Shown: piece by piece, positions 60,719 to 64,000 of the stretch
Numbering within the stretch: the first letter of the stretch is position 1
How the letters are laid out: every line of letters starts with the position of its first letter
Sequence record: DRR723986_8380
DNA: 64,000 nt
Reading direction: 5' to 3' (one strand)
Notes under the pieces: model-generated
The model's input: only the letters and a program-made list of their open reading frames with translations
What the model was told of the DNA's origin: nothing
Database searches by the model: none
Position numbers and translations under genes: made by a program

Positions 60719-61317
60719 AGATCTAATTGTTTTTCTATTTCCAGTTTTTTGGTTGCACTAAATATTATCAATTCGGCAAAAAACGTTGTGAATTCGTGCT
60801 CAAATACATTATAATGTTCTTTCAGCTCCTTTGTAGCTTTATTCATGCTTGAGATGCCTTTAGTTCGTCTGTTCATTCCATTTAATACCAATTGAATACC
60901 ATCAATAGTAGCGTAACTTAATAACCAATTTCCTTCAATCATTATAGGTGTCATGGTTTTGTATCTTGGAGGTAATAATTCGATATGATCCGTTAAACTT
61001 TTATAAAAGTCATCTACAAAATCTGCTAATGGTACATCTGAGTAAGACTTCCAATTTTTTGCTAGAAAGTGATCGTAAAAAATATCTATGATTACACCAC
61101 TGTAATGACCGTATGGTTTATGGAGGCGCTTGGTACTTTGTCTAAATATTGGGTGCGCATCTGTAAACGTATCAATTTCTCTATGTAAACGAATACCAAT
61201 TTGAATATCTCTCGAATACATCTTGTATTTATTACCTCTTACACCATCAGCCATAAAGTTGCCAATGGTTACTAATTCGTTATCACCAGACAAATAGATA
61301 TGTGCGAGAAAATTCAT
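60715..61317 (-). CDS. acpH: acyl carrier protein phosphodiesterase (AcpH/DUF479)
   Basis: MNFLAH, GNFMAD, LHREIDTFTDAH and DIFYDHFLA. Confidence 0.88.
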   Translation of the reverse strand: MNFLAHIYLSGDNELVTIGNFMADGVRGNKYKMYSRDIQIGIRLHREIDTFTDAHPIFRQSTKRLHKPYGHYSGVIIDIFYDHFLAKNWKSYSDVPLADFVDDFYKSLTDHIELLPPRYKTMTPIMIEGNWLLSYATIDGIQLVLNGMNRRTKGISSMNKATKELKEHYNVFEHEFTTFFAELIIFSATKKLEIEKQLDL

Positions 61318-61362
61318 AAGCCGAATTTACAAATTCATTACAACAAAATCCTATTAACTAAT

Positions 61363-61370
61363 TATATTTG
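61363..61370 (+). promoter_or_regulatory. Bacteroidota -7 element
   Basis: TATATTTG 18 bp upstream of the glmM ATG. Confidence 0.5.
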
Positions 61371-61387
61371 CTCAAAATCAAAACTAC

Positions 61388-62776
61388 ATGACTTTAATAA
61401 AATCTATATCTGGAATACGTGGTACCATTGGTGGCCCTGTTGAAGAGAATCTTACACCCATTGATGCAGTTAAATTTGCAGCAGCATACGGCACATGGTT
61501 AAAACAACAACGAAACAAAGAAAACTATAGAGTTGTTGTTGGAAGAGATGCGCGAATTTCTGGTGAGATGATTCAGAATTTGGTAATGCATACGTTAGTA
61601 GGACTTGGTATTCATGTAATTGATGTTGGATTATCTACAACACCAACGGTTGAAGTGGCTGTGCCGATGGAGCATGCAGATGGTGGTATTATTTTAACGG
61701 CAAGTCATAACCCAAAACAATGGAATGCTTTAAAGCTATTAAATGCTAAAGGTGAATTTTTAAATGGAGCAGAAGGTCAAAAGATTTTAGAAATAGCTGA
61801 ATCTAATTCTATGACCTTTGCTGAAGTTGATGACTTGGGAAAAATTACAAAAAATGAAGCTTATATAGATTTGCATATAGATGAAGTTTTAGAATTACCA
61901 TTAGTTAATAAAAAGGCTATTGAGGATTCCAATTTTAAAGTGGTTGTTGACGGTGTTAATTCTACAGGAGGTATAGCAATTCCTTTATTATTGGAGCGAT
62001 TAGGCGTGCATGCTGTAAAATTATATTGCGATCCAACAGGTCATTTTCCCCATAATCCAGAACCATTAAAGGAACATCTAGGCGACTTGGCAGAAGCTGT
62101 GGTCAAAGAACGTGCAGATTTTGGTATTGTGGTGGATCCAGATGTTGATAGATTAGCATTTATGGATGAAAAGGGAGAGATGTTTGGAGAAGAATATACG
62201 CTTGTGGCTTGTGCAGACTATGTGCTAAGTAAAAATCCTGGTAATACGGTTAGTAACATGAGTTCTACAAGAGCTTTAAGAGATGTCACAGAAAAGCATG
62301 GTGGTATGTATGAAGCTAGTGCAGTAGGAGAGGTGAACGTAGTAGAACTTATGAAAAAGAATAATGTGGTTATTGGTGGTGAAGGAAACGGAGGGATTAT
62401 TTATCCTGAATTACATTATGGTCGTGACGCATTGGTTGGTGTAGCGTTATTTTTAAGTCTATTAGCAGAAAAGAAAATGACAGTTAGTGAATTAAGAGCG
62501 ACATATCCTAACTACTACATGAGTAAGAAAAAAATTCAGTTGACTCCTGGACTCGATGTTGATGGCATACTAAAAACTATGGAAGCGAATTACAGCCACG
62601 AAAAGCTGACCACTATTGATGGTGTAAAAATAGATTTTGCAGATAGTTGGGTGCATTTACGTAAAAGTAATACAGAACCTATTATAAGAATATATACTGA
62701 AGCACCAGCACAAGACACGGCAGATGCCCTTGCAGATCGTTTTATTGCGGAGATAAAAGCTGTAGCTAATATTTAG
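61388..62776 (+). CDS. glmM: phosphoglucosamine mutase (alpha-D-phosphohexomutase family)
   Basis: SISGIRG, TASHNP, DPDVDR, GEGNGG and RKSNTEP. Confidence 0.85.
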   Translation: MTLIKSISGIRGTIGGPVEENLTPIDAVKFAAAYGTWLKQQRNKENYRVVVGRDARISGEMIQNLVMHTLVGLGIHVIDVGLSTTPTVEVAVPMEHADGGIILTASHNPKQWNALKLLNAKGEFLNGAEGQKILEIAESNSMTFAEVDDLGKITKNEAYIDLHIDEVLELPLVNKKAIEDSNFKVVVDGVNSTGGIAIPLLLERLGVHAVKLYCDPTGHFPHNPEPLKEHLGDLAEAVVKERADFGIVVDPDVDRLAFMDEKGEMFGEEYTLVACADYVLSKNPGNTVSNMSSTRALRDVTEKHGGMYEASAVGEVNVVELMKKNNVVIGGEGNGGIIYPELHYGRDALVGVALFLSLLAEKKMTVSELRATYPNYYMSKKKIQLTPGLDVDGILKTMEANYSHEKLTTIDGVKIDFADSWVHLRKSNTEPIIRIYTEAPAQDTADALADRFIAEIKAVANI

Positions 62777-62810
62777 TATCTTTGAGTACAAGAAAAGTAT
62801 ACCATACGCA

Positions 62811-64000
62811 ATGATTTCTGATACTGTAAAAACTCATGTTTCTGATTTAGAAACCTATTTTAACCAATTTAGAGAACACATAATTGGGCAAAATCAGACT
62901 TTTGTGTCACCATATGGCGAACAAAAAATCATTTATACCGATTGGACCGCTTCAGGTAGATTATACAGGCCAATTGAAGAAAAATTGTGTAATGAGTTTG
63001 GCCCATTTGTGGCAAATACGCATACAGAAACTACTGTGTCTGGAACAGCAATGACCAAAGCTTACCATAAAGCTAAACACATTATTAAAGAGCATGTAAA
63101 TGCGAGTGAAGATGATATTTTAATTGTTTCTGGTAATGGTATGACAAGTGTTGTAAATAAGTTTCAACGAATTTTAGGATTAAAAGTACCTGAAAACTTA
63201 AGTAAATACACAGAAATTCCAGATGAGATACGACCGGTTGTTTTTATCTCACATATGGAACATCATTCTAATCAGACCTCTTGGCTAGAAACTATGGCTA
63301 AGGTTGAAATTGTTCCGCCTGATGAAGATGGTCTATTTAGTTTAGAAAACCTCGAAAAGTTATTAGATCAGTATAAGGATTGTACCTTAAAAATTGCTTC
63401 AATTATTGGTGGATCAAATGTTACTGGTATACAAACTCCATATCATGATATTGCTAGACTTATGCACAAGCATGGTGGTGTTTGTTTTGTAGACTTTGCT
63501 TGTTCAGCACCATATGTAGACATTAATATGCACCCTGAAGATAAAGAGGGTTATTTAGATGCGATTTTCTTTTCTCCTCACAAGTTTTTGGGAGGACCAG
63601 GCTCTTCGGGTGTGTTAGTATTTAATAAAGAACTATATAAAAACATGGTACCAGATTGCCCAGGCGGAGGAACAGTAAGCTGGACCAACCCTTGGGGAGA
63701 ACATAAATATATTGATAGTATTGAAGATAGAGAAGATGGAGGAACGCCAGGCTTTCTTCAAACCATAAAAACTGCACTATCCATTAATCTCAAAGAGCAA
63801 ATGGGTGTTGTTAATATGCTGCAACGTGAGCATGAGTTAATAGATACTATCTTTAAACGATTAGAACCAATATCAAATATCAATATTCTTGCAGGTCAGC
63901 ACAAAGATCGTTTAGGAGTTATTTCATTTTATATTGATGATCTACATTATAATTTGGGTGTAAAATTACTCAATGATAAATTTGGGATACAAACCAGAGG
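62811..64000 (+). CDS. aminotransferase class V / cysteine desulfurase-like PLP enzyme (runs off the window; missing from the ORF track)
   Basis: ATG 62811 opens MISDTVK...YTDWTASGR...ANTHTE...MEHHSN...SNVTG...SPHKFLGGPG...REDGGTP; TATCTTTG -7 element at 62777. Confidence 0.9.
   Translation, partial: MISDTVKTHVSDLETYFNQFREHIIGQNQTFVSPYGEQKIIYTDWTASGRLYRPIEEKLCNEFGPFVANTHTETTVSGTAMTKAYHKAKHIIKEHVNASEDDILIVSGNGMTSVVNKFQRILGLKVPENLSKYTEIPDEIRPVVFISHMEHHSNQTSWLETMAKVEIVPPDEDGLFSLENLEKLLDQYKDCTLKIASIIGGSNVTGIQTPYHDIARLMHKHGGVCFVDFACSAPYVDINMHPEDKEGYLDAIFFSPHKFLGGPGSSGVLVFNKELYKNMVPDCPGGGTVSWTNPWGEHKYIDSIEDREDGGTPGFLQTIKTALSINLKEQMGVVNMLQREHELIDTIFKRLEPISNINILAGQHKDRLGVISFYIDDLHYNLGVKLLNDKFGIQTR

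Noticed and set aside
3598-60761. Many short ORFs antisense to or nested in recognised genes (e.g. 3598..3780, 5343..5537, 12018..12425, 14060..14401, 21664..21960, 42578..42958, 56278..56502, 60522..60761)
   Set aside because: They are shadow frames of well-supported genes and have no recognisable motifs.

Overview
AT-rich chromosomal window from a Flavobacteriaceae (Bacteroidota) bacterium, inferred from gene content, TAnnTTTG promoter elements and a T9SS-type C-terminal domain. Most of it is housekeeping: recG, uvrD/pcrA, uvrA, an acyl-CoA carboxylase operon, fused 2-oxoacid dehydrogenase E1, tandem ppk2, ggt, glmM, peptidases and a LytS/LytTR pair. The most notable part is the first ~2 kb, which has integron-like architecture. 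A tyrosine recombinase that lacks the IntI-specific insertion but has an extra HARP-like N-terminal segment is transcribed divergently from a single-gene lipoprotein cassette. The cassette is bounded by perfectly complementary GTTAGCTAC/GTAGCTAAC cores and followed by a ~135-bp attC-like palindrome whose stem mismatches are G.T on the bottom strand. The array probably continues past the left edge. Also notable: a small GIY-YIG nuclease embedded in modular GTCATTGCGAG/CTCGCAATGAC palindromic repeats with a gene-less copy ~0.9 kb away; four disrupted dispensable genes; a stand-alone AprA-MT1-like methyltransferase; an HTTM/ATP-grasp three-gene module; and an M1 peptidase homologue lacking HEXXH. 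All family assignments come from motif recognition, not database searches.
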